Source: Squalus acanthias (taxonomy: Eukaryota). From it: 64,000 bases of DNA. Positions 20,584 through 33,631 of the stretch are shown piece by piece. The notes beneath the pieces are model-generated. The model worked only from the letters and a program-made list of their open reading frames with translations. It was not told the origin of the DNA and did not search any database. A program made the position numbers and the translations under genes. The DNA is taken from positions 21,082,001-21,146,000 of the forward strand of contig CM059432.1 of the NCBI GenBank assembly GCA_030390025.1, written 5' to 3'. Position 1 is the first letter of the stretch. Each line of letters begins with the position of its first letter.

Positions 20584-23194
20584 AATGTGGCTGCCCCAGA
20601 TTGTAACCTGTTCCTATATTCTCAGTTTTCTTAACCAATTTTCACTCCTCCTCTCCTGAAGGTGCTGACACTTGTTAGGTCCAATTCCATGGACCCTGGA
20701 AATCAATCCTCCATTACCTTGCCCATTTAACTTCATGTGTGAATCTAGACAATAAAGCCTGGGTTTTCCACTGCTGGTCAATTATTGTAGCATTAACCAA
20801 GTGGCCTGCAGTGGAAAATTGCGGGGGGGGCTTCCATTCCACAGGAAAATTGCCCACTTTGTGCCAGGGAGAAGGCTCCAGCATCGTGGAACTTGTACAC
20901 CAGTCCATATGTTTGCATTCATAGAATGGACTGAGTTGTTCTCCCCTCTATGTCTCCTACTGAGTCCTCTGCTGATTGATGTTATTACAGTCATTGCATA
21001 CTATGAGTAGGGGAATTCTATAGAAACAAGACTTGGATAGGAATGGTCCTTAGGGAGAAGGAAGCATGGACAGAACAGAGTGGTGAAGTGCACAGAGAAG
21101 GGATGGGGGGAAAGAGAAGGACAGGAGAGTGGGAAAAGTAAAAGGGAGAAAGGGTAGATAGAGAGGGAAGGGAGAGGAGCAAAAGATGAAAAAAGAAAAT
21201 AGAAGGGAGCAGAAGATGGACGGAGGAAACGGAAGATGGGCGAAACTGGAAGCGGTGCTTTGGGACGGCGAGAAAGAGTGCTAGCATTCACTGAGAGGGA
21301 GGGCGCAGGAAAGCATATTGATTTACTGAGAGTGAGGAGGGTGACGTGCCGGCATTAGCTGTGAAGGTGGAGCAGGAGAGTCCCAGCAATAAAGGAGGTG
21401 ATTGAGAGAAGAACAGTGCCGGTATGAACGGAGAAGCGAGGGGAAAGAAAGGAACATGTCAGCATGTGGGGGAAGGAAACAGGTTGGACTGAGGGTTGTG
21501 GGGAAGGAGGGTACCATCCTGAACTGGGCTGAAGGGGCAAGAGTGCCAGATTGAATTGAAGGGAGAGAAGAAGGAGCACCAGCATAAACTGGAGGAGCGT
21601 TGAAGGGCAAGAAGAATCTCAACATGAGTTGGAAAGATTGAAGGAGGCAGAGTGACTCTTGAGATAGCTTTTGGGGAGGTGGTGGTCTGGTTGGTCTGTT
21701 GAAAACCCAATGGTACTTAGATTTTCCTTTTATTAAGATTAAAAATCTATCAATTTTAATGTAGAAAAGTGTTTAAAATTAATTAGAATGCATCATTTTA
21801 ATGTAAAAAGTCAAAACGACCAAATCACAAATAGTTTTAGTAAAATTCAGCAAATGCCTTTAAGATGAAAAGAAAATGCACTGCCCCTGTTTATTGCAGA
21901 TTTCAAAATACTAGAGAACGTACCAAATAAAGTGTAAAAAAAGCAATGTTTTCTGGGAGGGGAAGGCTCCAGACTGTTGCAGAAAATAAATTTTGTATTG
22001 CAACGTATTTATAGCACAGAAAGGGGCCATCCGGCTCAACGGGTCTATGCCGGTATTTATGCTCCACATGAGCCTCCTCCCGCCCCTCTTCATCTAACCC
22101 TATCAACATATCCTATTCCTTTCTGCCTCATGTGCTTATCTAGCTTCCCCTTAAATGCATCTATGCTGTTCGCATCAAGTACTCCTTGTTGTAGCAAGTT
22201 CTACATTCTAACCACTCTCTGGGTAAAGATGTTTCTCCTGAATTTCCCAATGGATTTATCGGTGACTATCTTATATTTATGGCCCCTAGTTTTGGTCTTG
22301 CGTCATCTCTACACTTACCCGATCAAACTGTTTCATAATCTTAAAGACCTCTATCGGGTTACCCCTCAGTCTTCTCTTTTCTAGAGAAAAGAGCCCCAAC
22401 CTGTTCAATCTTGCCTTCTCAGTTCTGGTATCATTCTAGTAAACCCTTTTTGCACCTCATCCAATGCCTCTATATCCTTTTTATAATATGGAGACCAAAA
22501 CTATTCACAGTACCCCAAGTGCCTTTTACTACGGTAAAGACGCAATATAAATACAAGTTGTTGTCTAAATGAGGTTCTATACAAGTTTAACATAACTTTT
22601 CTGCTTTTTAATCCTATCCCTCTAGAAATGAAGCCCAGTGCTTTATTTGCTTTTTTTAATGACCTTACTAACCTGCGCCACTACGTTTAGTGGTTTGTGT
22701 ATCTGTACCCTCAGATCCCTCTGTTCCTTTACCCTTTTTAGACACTTATTTTCCAAGGAGTATATGGCCTCCTTATTCTTCCAACCAAAATGTACTGTCT
22801 CACTCTTGTCTATATTCAAGCTCATTTGCCAATTACACACCCATTCTGCAAGTTTATGTCTTGCTGTATTTTTTCCCAGTCCTCCTCTGTATTAACTTAC
22901 CCCACCCCAATTTGGTGTCATCCGCAATTTTTGAAATTATTCTTCCGATTCCCGAGTCCAAATTGTTTATGTAAATAGAAACAACCGTGGTCCCAGCATC
23001 GATTGTTGTGGACCCCACTTCCCACCATTTGAAAATCTGAGTAACTACCATTAACTTCTACTTTTGGTTTTCTGTTCTGTAGCCAGCTTACCACCCATTC
23101 TGCTACTTGTCCCCTGACTCCACAAGTTCTCAACTTAGTCACGAGTCTATTATGAGGCATCTTATCAAAGGCTTTTTGGAAATCCAAATATATT

Positions 23195-24060
23195 GGCTGC
23201 GATTTTTCCGGTCGATGCGGCTTGGGGGGTGGGGACTGCTGCCTTCCGGGTTCCAGTCCCGCCCCCAACGATGTCCGACGCACAGACGCGATTTTGCGTC
23301 AATTGGCTTTGTTAAGCCTGCCCTGCGTGCTTGCCGGCCAATTAAGAGGAAGCTGGTGTCAGATGACGTCAGTTGATGACGCGTCATCTGCCGGTTTTCT
23401 TAAAGGGGACACGCACAATTTTTTTTGACAGCTGATTTTTCAGTGTTTGACAGTATTGAGGTGCTGCAAACACTGACAATCACTGTACAAAGGTGAGTCC
23501 TTGCATCCAGGCTCTCCAGTGACTCTCTCCTTAGGCTAGAACAGATGGCAGCTGCAGGTGAGGTTACAGAAGTGATCTGTCACTGGTGAGAGGGGTTCTC
23601 CCAATGAGGTGGGACTACACAAACAATTCAAAATTTGTCACCTACAGAAAAGTCTAAATACACTAAAAATGATTTTCCCAACATTTTCTTACCTCTGAAA
23701 CTCACCAGTGTACCATTGGATCCTTCACACCACTTCTGCAGCTGTCATCAATGCACAAATATTACAGTAGCCCCCCGGCACGCCACACTTACCCTGGCGT
23801 GGTGTCCGGACGTCGGGAAGCCCGCAGTAGACCTGTCAAAATTGCAAAAAGCCTCAACTGCCTGTTAACAAGCAGTTAAGTGCCTATAATCCTCTTCCTG
23901 CCGCTAGGTGTTGGGTCCCTGCGCAAATCGGAACCCAGCACCTGGGAAGATTGTCTGGAGGTGGGTTGACAGCAGGTTTCCGACCCGCTGTCAATTTTTG
24001 CGATTTTGCCAGCGGTCCCGCCTCCAAACCCGCCCCCTGAGCGCCGGCAAAATTCTCCTC
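23195..24060. mobile_element. Harbinger-type non-autonomous element (MITE)
   Basis: Inserted in the CR1 codons AVDI|IYLDF with an exact 3-bp TSD ATT (23192-94, 24061-63). Imperfect TIRs GGCTGCGATTTTTCCGG / CCGGCAAAATTCTCCTC. Internal CCAAT, TGACGTCA, CTTAAAGGGG and GTGAGT motifs resemble a Harbinger promoter. Confidence 0.8.
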
Positions 24061-24599
24061 ATTATGTCTACTGCATTACCCTTATCTTCCCTTTTTGTTA
24101 CTTCTTGAAAGAATTCAGTAAGTTTGGTCAAGCATGACCTTCCCTTTTGGAATCCGTACTGACTACTCTTTATTATATTTTCCGTTTCTAGATATTTTTC
24201 TATTACATCTTTGAGTGAGGATTCCATTATGTTTCCTAACACCACCATCAATCTAATTGGTGTATAGTTCCTTGGACTTGTTCTATCTCCCCTTTTATAT
24301 ATAGGAACCACATTAGCTGTCCGTCAGTCCTCTGGCACTATTCTTTTCTAATGAATTTTTATATATATGTAATAATGCCTTGGCTATCTCTTCTCTAACT
24401 TATTTTAATATGTCCGGATGCAATTCTTCTGGAGCAGGGGTTTAATCCTCTCTAAGTTTGATTAGTTTTTCAATTATCTCTCCCTTTTCTAATTAAATGT
24501 CTTTATATTTTTTTTGATCGCTCTTCATGTCCACCATGGCAAAGTAATTATTTAATATTTCTGCCATTTCGTTGTTATTATCTGTGAGTTTTTCTGGTG

Positions 24600-25520
24600 T
24601 ATCATAGAATCATTGGCTGGAATTTTCACAGGAAAGAATGGGTGGGTTGGAGGCGTGGGGGGGAAGTGAAAGTTGTAAAAATCCAAATCCTGACCCCAAC
24701 CTGCCTCCAACCCGCCCATTTTCACCTTTTATCCGGCGGGATGGGAGGCGGGCAACCAACCTGCCAGGAGGCGAGTTGACAATTTAAATATGATAGTGAG
24801 GCCTGAAGCCTCTACTTCAACCTGCTTTGCAGATTTTACTGCAGGTGGCCGGGGATCCCAGGGCTCGAACTTCCGGGTTTCCTGCCGTCTCCCGGGTCCC
24901 CCCCCTCGCTCCGTGCGGGTGGGAAACGGGAAAATCCAGCCCATAGAATCATAGAAATTTACGGCACAGAAGGGGACCATTTGGCCCATCGTGTCTGCGC
25001 CGGTTGAAAAAGAGCTATCCAGCCTAATCCCACTTTCCAGCTCTTGGTCCGTAGCTTTGCAGTTTAAGGCACTTCAAGTGCATATCCAAGTATTTTTAAA
25101 TGCGATGAGGGTTTCTGCCTCTACTACCCTTTCAGGCAGTGAGTTCCAGACCCCCACCACCCTCTGGATGAAAAAAGTTCTCCTCAACTCCCCTCTAATC
25201 CTTCTACCAATTACTTTAAAGCTATGCCCCCTGGTTATTGACCTCTCTGCTAAGGGAAATAGATCCTTCCTATCCACTCTATCTCAGGCCCTCATAATTT
25301 TATACACCTCAATTAAGTTTTCCCTCAGCCTCCTCTGTTCCAAAGAAAACAACCCCAGCCTATCCAATCTTTCCGCATAGCTAAAATTCTCCAAGCCTGG
25401 CAACAACCTCATAAATCTCCTCTGCACCCTCTCTGGTGCAATCACATCTTTCCTGTAATATGGTGACCAGAACTGTACGCAGTATTCTAGCTGTGGCCGA
25501 ATTAGTTGTTTTATACAGTT
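24600..25520 (-). mobile_element. Younger CR1 3' fragment
   Basis: ORF 25074..25277 (TRGHSFK, WNSLPERVVEA). The atcatagaatc tail is split by a MITE. Confidence 0.85.
24614..24941. mobile_element. Harbinger-type MITE in a CR1 tail
   Basis: TIRs GGCTGGAATTTTC / GAAAATCCAGCC, with a 3-bp flanking duplication (CAT) inside the ATCATAGA tail repeat. Confidence 0.75.
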
Positions 25521-26394
25521 CTAATTATTTTACAGCTATCTGTATTGAACTGCAACTGCTACTTCAGTTACCTAGACCCAAATCCTTCTTAAACTGGTTA
25601 TATTGTTCGTCATTATTTGTCCGGCCTCCAATTTTGATATATTCTTCAAACTTGGGAGATGTTTATTGCTGTCCCTATTCTGATTTTTCTTTTGTTATTT
25701 ATGTGTCTGTAGAATATTTATTTTATATTCCTTGATAACTTAATTGCGTAGTTCCTCTTTGCCTTCCTAATTGTTTTTTGACTTCTTTCCTAACCTTTTC
25801 GTGTTCCCTTTTGTCGTCCTCTCCTTTGTTGTCAATGTACGTAGTGTATGCTTTTTTCTTTATTCATCCACGGTGTGTCATTACTGGCTAGTTTGTTCTT
25901 GGTTTTTAGTGTGATATATTTCTCCTGGACTTAATCACCGTTTAAAATGTTTCCCACTGCTGTTCTATTTCTGTTTGTCTGTAAATGTTTCCGGTTTATT
26001 TTCCCTAGTTTCATTCTCATCCCCTTAAAATCAGCTTTATTACTTTCCTGTCGGGCTTTCATGCACTTATGCTTTTTTTGCCTTTGGTACAAGTGAAGGA
26101 ATATTGGGTGTACATATAGCTTAAATTACATGCCCATCTAACTACTTGTTTTCAGGTGCTAGGGACTTACAATCGGGTTGTTCTTCAGTTGTCAGGTTTT
26201 GGGAGCTGTGTTAACCTTATTCGAAACTGTTGGTCGGCTTTTGCCAATTTTCTACCTTGGCATGTATTTATTTTTATTCTGTGCAGTGTTATTGGTTAGC
26301 CAACTTTGATTTACACCTGCAGAAATTGCCTGTGTTTTATTGCTATCTGTAAAGGGTTGTCACCATTTGCTGAGTTCAAAATTGGACAGGGGTT

Positions 26395-26837
26395 ATAAGA
26401 ACATAACAAATAAGAGCAGCAGTAGGCCATTTGACCCCTCGAGCCTGCTCCGCCATTCAATAAAATCATGGCTGATCTTCTACCTCAACTCCACTTTCCT
26501 GCACTATCTCCATACCCCTTGATTCCCTTAATATCCAAAAATCTATCGATCTCTGTCTCGAATATACTCAACGACTGAGCCTCCACAGCCCTCTGGGGTA
26601 GAGAATTCCAAAGATTCACCACCCTCTGAGTGAAGAAATTTCTCCTCATCTCAGTCCTAAATGGCCGACCCCTTATTCTGAGACTGTGACCCCTGGTTCT
26701 AGACTCCCCAGCCAGGGGAAACATCCTCCCTGCATCTACCCTGTCAAGCCCTGTAAGAATTTTGTATGTTTCAATGAGATTACCTCTCATTCTTCTAAAC
26801 TCTGGAGAATATAGGCCTAGTCTACTCAATCTCTCCT
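26395..26837 (-). mobile_element. CR1 LINE 3' fragment
   Basis: ORF 26485..26829, near-identical to 4734-5190. Confidence 0.9.
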
Positions 26838-27153
26838 GGTTCAGATAGCCAGAAGGTGGGAATTTGGCTTGAGAGGTGATGTTTGCTTTGCTGTTGATGA
26901 AAGTTAATTGGAAACCTTAATAATGAATACCTCCACATCATGAGGCACTAAAGTAAGTGGGGATTAAAAAAATTATTCTGTTTAAAGAAACACACCTTTA
27001 ATGTCCACTTTACATTTAAGAAATTTCTGGACATCCCACTCAAAGACTAGGCTGTCTAGTCATAAAGCAGACACTTGACAACCCTATATTCTTCAAAACC
27101 TAGCATATTCTACATCTAACCCGATACCCTTGTATTGTTTTCTTTCCTTGCAG

Positions 27154-27220
27154 TTGCTGGCTTTCCTTGGAAGGTGGTCTTCTCTACGCCTTTGTGGGAC
27201 CTGCGGCCGTTGTTGTTTTG
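27154..27220 (+). CDS. ADGRB1: ADGRB1/BAI1 coding exon (ECL2 and start of TM5): (Y)[22 protein letters not shown]
   Basis: Acceptor tttccttgcag|T, 67 nt, donor TTG|gtatca. The translation matches the BAI-family ECL2/TM5 motif [18 protein letters not shown]. Not in the ORF track, read manually. Confidence 0.95.
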
Positions 27221-27348
27221 GTATCACGTTTCCAGTCTCATTTCATTTACCATTGATTGCAGTCTCAGTAGTAAAGTAATGAGAGAAAAAGTTATATTTT
27301 GGAGCCTTTAATAAGATATTTTATATTTATACATTTTTATTTCAACAG

Positions 27349-27434
27349 GTGAACATGGTTATTGGCATTCTGGTATTTAACAAACTTGTATCCAAAGATG
27401 GAATAACAGATAAGAAACTGAAGGAACGGGCAGG
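27349..27434 (+). CDS. ADGRB1: ADGRB1 coding exon (end of TM5 and ICL3): [28 protein letters not shown](G)
   Basis: Follows a 128-bp intron. Acceptor ttcaacag|GTG, 86 nt, donor GG|gtatga (phase 2). [15 protein letters not shown] is the BAI1-type sequence (BAI3 as I recall it has SRDGILDKKLKHRAG). Confidence 0.95.
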
Positions 27435-28007
27435 GTATGATCATAAATACATCATCTAGCATTTTATTATCTTTGAAAGATACTCACCATATTTCCTTGT
27501 TTTAAAAACAAGCAATATTTTCTATTATTCCTGGAAACAACGTTAAATAACCCGGTAGCCGCTAGCTAATAGTAACCTTGAAGTGTTAATGGGGATTTCA
27601 TTATATTCAGCTTTCATCAAACCATTGATGTAGTATAATGTTCACCACATATTTTCCACTATGTTTAATTGTCTTCATGATTGGGTCACAGTTCTCTGGT
27701 GTGTTTGAGGGGATATTTGAATTTCAAGAAACAGCATCCTTTTTGTTGACCAACAATGCATTGCCTTGCTTAGTTAATAGGCTGTGCAAACTCCTATCGC
27801 CTGAATGTTCTGGACTAGCCATACAAGGTTGCTAGACAGAAATAAAAATGAAGGTGTACAAATCCTTTAAGCTCAAATTCAAAATTGAGTCTCAAAATTT
27901 AATACACGTTGATGCTCACAGCATTTAATTGGGCTTTCTGAACAATTTACTTGAATATTGATGCTTAGTAACATTTTAATGAAGTATCAGTACAATTTAT
28001 TTTACAA

Positions 28008-28381
28008 TTTTCTTTCCTGCTCTCCCAAAGGCTGTGACGTGTGCTGGTGTACAGTTCCATAAACACTGGCCATCTTTCAATACTTCATCTCATGTCTTGG
28101 CCTATACAGTGCGTATTGCCAAGGTGTTTGATAATGTGGAGCATTATAGGCAAGTCTGATTCTGGCCACCCCCTGACAGCTATTCAGGCACACTGTCTAG
28201 CAGGGATCTGGACAGTGATCAGGACAAGATCCAGGGCTGGTCTTTTGCCCATGGGGGCTGTTGCAAATCTGACACAGTCACGACTACCCTATCGTAGATT
28301 AGCTAATTCAACCTCGACCAGGATCATACCTACTCTGACTCAATTCCAAACTGAGCAGTGTATTTACTGACTGAGCAATCA
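28008..28381 (-). mobile_element. Degenerate ancient tRNA-derived SINE (second family; related copies at about 58660-58990 + and 63575-64000 -)
   Basis: Minus-strand head GCTCAGTCAGTAAAT...GATCCTGGTC...GAATTAGCTAATCT. Degraded blocks are shared with the other two loci. Confidence 0.45.
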
Positions 28382-28796
28382 GAATATCAAAATATTTACC
28401 TTTTTAAAAATTGCATTTATATTTTTGTGTAACTTAAAGCGAGGATTTTTCATCAAAATTAATTTCAGTAACTTTAGCAAATATATATTGTAAATCTTTT
28501 ACAATTTCAGAAAAAGGATTGAGTCTGTTTCACAGTAGTAAGATGTCCGTGTAGTGACTTAACCATTGATGAGACACTGCAACATGTGTCTGGCCTCCTG
28601 ATCTCTTTACGTGATCTCCATGGTGATAGCAGAACAGTATTAAGTAATTGTTAACTATTAATGTTCATTCATTCAGGCTGTAGAAAACAAAATTAGTTCT
28701 TACAAAATGTGAATGCCATTTGTGGTGAGAGTTGAGGACTTCAGATAGCCAAGCCTTGCATTTGAAGCCAAGGTCTTTACAGTAAAAGATCTGACT

Positions 28797-28837
28797 TCCT
28801 CCATAGCAACAGTAGACACATTCTGTTGCTTAGCAAC
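28797..28837. promoter_or_regulatory. Clustered RFX (X-box)-like motifs in a repeat-free intronic block
   Basis: TCCTCCATAGCAAC (28797-28810) and near-palindromic GTTGCTTAGCAAC (28825-28837), with a weaker ATCTCCATGGTGAT at 28614-28627. Confidence 0.35.
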
Positions 28838-29705
28838 TTACTTTCTCACAGTCGGTAGAAACAAAATGGAGACTAGCCGAGAGAACAAAAAAGATTTATC
28901 AGTAAAATATTGTTTGTTATTAGGAAGAGTGGAACAGTGACGCAAACAAAGATTTATATGTTTTAGCAAGGAGATTGGTGCCAGGAGACTCTGAAGCAGC
29001 GGCAGTAAATGAGTTATAAAAATTTATAACACCAGCTAGATGGAGTTCTGCCAAGATTGAGAATGTAGTCCCTCAGCTCCTTCACATTTTTTGCCTGACT
29101 TCTTCAATGCCTTCTGTGGTTCCTTGCTGTCTTATATTTATGGGGAATCTTGACTTTGCGATTACCCAACCAGTGCTATGAAGTTGTATAATGGCGTTGT
29201 GAATGCATATTAAGAGAAGACTGCACAAAGGATTTTTCAATTAGCTTAGCTCCTGGAACACCCAGTCTGCTCTGAAAATTCAACGTCAGAGCAGTCATGC
29301 TGACTGTCACTAGAAATGTTTTTTGCATTCAACAATATTCGCGGAAAAAGTTCCTTTTAAGATCGATCGATGCTGGTGCTAGGAATGGACCACAAAAGCC
29401 CCGAAAATCCCAGGGCAAAATAAAAGGGGCGACCAGGGTGCCACCCCTTTTTTCTGACCTGTGTGCCTGGAGAAATGGGCCTTGTCAGGGGCAGGGATTT
29501 GGGAAAATAAGCTGTAGTGTGTGTGGTGTGCTGGGAGGGGGGGAAACTCATATCCCAGTACAGCATGTTGTTGCTCCATTGTGCTGTGCCACAATAAAAT
29601 GGTTTTAGCTTAAGTTTTAAATTAACATTCAGATTTTACAACAGTTAATTTGTAGCGGCAGACATGCAAGTTAGGGTGATTATTGACTGTTTTATTGTTC
29701 ACTTC

Positions 29706-30196
29706 GGGGCCATTTTAAGTCCTGGGCCTCATTTAAATGCTGCAGCGCTCTCTCTGCCACCCAAAAGCGGCGGAGGTGACATCAGGGTTGTTCCGTGGGG
29801 TGCCAGACCTGGGGGAGAGAGGCAAGGCCAGAGCCGGGGAGGCCAAAGGACTCCTTGCGGGGCCTGGGGGCAGCAGTGCTGCTCCTCCTGGCCCACAAGG
29901 AATCCTTGGAAAATTAAAATTTGTAAACTTACCTTCCGCTGTCTCCCGCCAGGTTTCGCTGTCGGGTTTGGCGCTCTGTGGCCCTCTCGGGATTTTTAAA
30001 ATTTAAATGGGGTTGCGGCGTCAATGACGTCATAGGACCACGACCTTTGAATGTAAAGTAGGACCCTGACCCTAGGTCAGTTAAGACGGTGGAGGGGCTC
30101 CGTGGAACGCATTGGCAATGTGATGCGACCCCCTCACCATCTTAACGCCCCTGCCCACACCATTTCCGCTGGGCGGGCAAGGTTAAAATTGATCTT
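29706..30196. mobile_element. GC-rich Harbinger-type MITE remnant
   Basis: Ends GGGGCCATTTTAA...GGTTAAAATTGATC, with internal TGACGTCA and ATTTAAAT motifs like the MITEs at 23195 and 24614. Confidence 0.5.
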
Positions 30197-30439
30197 GAAC
30201 TTTCCTGACTGGGAGACTGCCTGATCACTGTCCGTGCTACTCTCAGATTGTCTGTTGGGTACTGCTGTAGGTGCGTCATTCTACTCTCCTTTTGTTTTCT
30301 ATCTTTGTCCCTCTCAGCACCTCTCACATCTCGCCAGAGAGTGGCATTCAAATCTGTGCTTGTTAGGGTGTAGTGCAGATCATTTTTGCACTGTTCCACT
30401 CTCCAGCACCCCGATGTTCTTCTGGGTTCTCAAGTCTGA

Positions 30440-30697
30440 AAGTGAGGTTTCTTAGTCCAGCAGGGGAGTTCTCCCCGGTGTCATGGCAAATATTTATCCC
30501 TCAATCAACATGACAAAAACAGATTATCTGGTCATTATCACATTGCTGTTTGTGGGACCTTGATGTGCGCAAATTGGCTGCCGCGTTTCCCACATTACAA
30601 CAGTGACTCCACTTCAAAAGTCCTTCATTGGCTGTAAAGCGCTTTGGGACATCCAGTGGTCGTGAAAGACGCTATATAAATGCAAGTCTTTCTTTCT
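30440..30697 (+). mobile_element. DeuSINE-type SINE, 3' part
   Basis: GCAGGGGAGTTCTCCCCGGTGTC...GATTATCTGGTCATTATCACATTGCTG...GCTATATAAATGCAAGTCTTTC. Confidence 0.85.
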
Positions 30698-31559
30698 TAA
30701 TCAAGAGCTATAGAGAAATCAAGATTGAAGTTATGAACTGTCACCTCTGAAACCCTTCAGTATTTCATGCAGATAGTTATTATAATGATAATAGAAATAC
30801 ATTTGGAAAGTAAATCCATTTCACCCATTAAAAAAAGATTCTGTTATATTGCATCTTTTGTCACATAGTTAAATATTATTTGAGGTGAATTCAAACTGCT
30901 GAAATCAATCATATTTATGGATCAATACAGATTTTGCAAAATCAAATTGTGAAGCATCTGCGAGCAGCATTGGGACTGAACTTTAGCAGAGCCTGCACAA
31001 GGGAGTGCATGTGGGAATACAGCCTGCTTTCCTCCGCAAGACTGAGGAATGTACTGAAAGTCTCTGTTCAATCAAGTGCAATCAGTTTGGGTGGCCCTAG
31101 TGGATGGCATTGTATGGCTCAGAATCTGTCACTCATTGGCACTAGTTTAGCGGTCTCACTGGAGACCATTAGCAGCTGTCAAAGAGCTTCAACCTGTCTC
31201 TGCGTAGAATGTGAACCCAGGCCCCAGACACTCAACTGCTCCCAAGAGAATTGGAAAGCTCCAGTTGAAAAGATTTTCATTTTTAAATTTCACGTTCTCT
31301 TCAAATTAGACCTCATTCTTTCTGTCTTATCTTTTTCCTACAAACTACAGATTTTTAAAAGCCAAGCTTGGCAACTCCTCATTGCTACTTCTTGATTTAT
31401 TACATCTTCTCGCCTACTCTTTTCAAATATTTTTAAGAGTTTTTAAAGAAAAGGTCCATTCATTTAAGCAATTGGAAAGACATCTCCATGGATAGTCAAC
31501 ATTTAAATTACAAATGTTTCTTTTTACCTGCTTCCCTACAAATCTCCAGCTGACATTGG

Positions 31560-32790
31560 TTAGTCCCACTCCACCACTCTTTCCCCATATCCCTGTAATT
31601 TTTTCTCCTTCAAGTATTTATCCAATTCCCTTTTGAAGGCTACAATTGAACGTGTATCCACCTCCCTATCAGGCAGTGCATTTCAAATCATAACTACTCG
31701 TTGCGTAAAAAAAGTTTTCCTCATGTCACCTCTGGTTCTTTTGCCAATCCCCTTAAATCTGTGCCCTCTGGTTATCGACCCTTCAGCCATTGGAAACAGC
31801 TTCTCTTCATTTACTCTATCTAAACCCTTCATGCTTTTAAACACCTCTATCAAATCTTTTCTGCTGTAAGAAGAACAACCACAGCTTCTCCAGTCTATCC
31901 CACGTCACTGTATTCCCTGGAAACATTCTAGTAAATCTCTTCTGTACCCTCTCCAAAGCCTACACGTCCTTCCTAAAGTGTGGTGCCCAAATTTGGACAT
32001 AATACTCCAGCTGGGGCCGAACTAGTGTTTTATATAGGTTTAGCATAACAGGCTGGCTTTTGTAATCTGTGCCTCTATTTATAAAGCCCAGGGGTCCCAC
32101 GTGCTTTATTAACTGCTCTGTTGACCTGTCCTACCACCTTTAAAAATTTGTGCACAAACACCCCCAGGTTTCTCTGTTCCTGCACCCCCTTTAAAATTAT
32201 ACCATTTAGCACGCATTGTCTCTCATTCTTCCTACCAAAATGTATCATCTCACACTTTTCTGCGTTGAATTTCATCTGCCACTTGTCCGTCCATGTCCTC
32301 TTGAAGTCTATTACTATCTTCCTCACTGTTTACTACAATTCCAAGTTTTGTGTCCTCTGCAAATTCCAAAATTGTGCCCTGTACCCCACCCCCGCCAAGT
32401 CCAAGTCATTAAAGTATATCAAAAAATGGCAGTGGTCACAGTACTGAACCTTGGGGAACTCCACTGTATGCCTCCCTCCAGTCTGAAAAACAGCCATTCA
32501 CCCCAATCCTCTGTTTTCTATCCCTTAGCCAATTTTGTATCCATGCTGGTACTGCCCCTTTTATCCCATGGGCTTCAATTTTGCTAACAAGCCTAATAAT
32601 TGGTACTTTATCAAACGCCTTTTGAAAGTCCATATACACAACATCAACTGCACTGCCCTCATCCACCCTCTCTGTAACCTCATCAAAAAACTCAAATCAA
32701 GTTAGTCAGACACGATTTGCCCTTAACAAATCCCTGCTGGCTCTCCTTTACTAGTCCAAGCGGCTGTTAATTTTCTCTTGGATTATTGAA
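31560..32790 (-). mobile_element. CR1 ORF2 fragment
   Basis: ORF 32436..32666 (VDVVYMDFQKAFDKVP...GVPQGSVL) and ORF 32075..32326. Confidence 0.9.
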
Positions 32791-33631
32791 AAACTGGAAC
32801 TTGAACTAATTGCTCTACTTAAGAACCTTTATACTTATAAGGTGACCTGCGAACATCTAATGAAACCATAATGAGCATTTCTTCTGTAACTGCATTCCAT
32901 TTAATGATGGTTTCCTTGTGATTTTTGACTTTTTATATGTCCTATGTAATGAAGAATGTAAAATGCAGTAACATATTGGGCATCATTCAGGCCATTGAGG
33001 AATGGAAAGAATAGCAAGAATAGTGACAACTTTTTTATGCAGTGTTTATACTTTCTAGGAAGTGATGTTTGACTCCTTCAGGCAAAACAAAGTAGGGTAA
33101 GTATCGAAAAAGACTTGAACATAGAATTTGCAGCAGGTATGCATCATTTTGGTGAGGTAACGCAAGCTCAGCTATTTATGCAGGAATCCAACAGTTTTAA
33201 ACTATAAATGGGTTTATGCCGTGGCAAATAAAAAGGATGCTGTCTTATATTTTTTTGATTTTTAAATAAATTTAAATGGAACGTTAACATACTTCTGTGG
33301 GAATTTATTTTTAATGTATTTACATAACACATAAGTTACAAATTGAAAGAAAAGAAATGTCAACAGTTATATCAGAAATATCATATAAAAATGAAGATTG
33401 GGAATGGTTTTACTTCAGAACTTCGTTGCCTGCCAATGAAGCCTTGCTTCCCTTCAAGGAAATATGGGATATTGCTTGTCATTTTAATTGGATTTCTTTA
33501 CTTGTGTTTTTTTTTTAATACTGACAAAATGAACAATCTTATGAAGTTTTATTTTCTGGATGAATATTATTTGTCTCTGATTTTTGTGTTAAAGTTCAAT
33601 TTTTGTTTCAGTCTTTTAATTTTAATTGCAG

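Larger units (their letters stand above)
21995..26140 (-). mobile_element. Old AT-rich CR1 copy interrupted by nested insertions
   Basis: ORF2 fragments (IYLDFQKAFDK, QYGFQKGRSCLT, ISKIADDTKLG) continue across insertions at 22523-22563 (L2 tail), 23195-24060 and 24600-25520. Confidence 0.8.

Noticed and set aside
21000..21710. Purine-rich tract with Pro/Ser/Phe-rich minus-strand ORFs
   Set aside because: Low-complexity composition explains the ORFs. No recognisable domain or splice structure.
1..27153. Preceding ADGRB1 exon (TM4, GLPALVVAISVGFTKAKGY-like)
   Set aside because: Not found by eye, so it presumably lies left of the window. A tBLASTn search would settle it.
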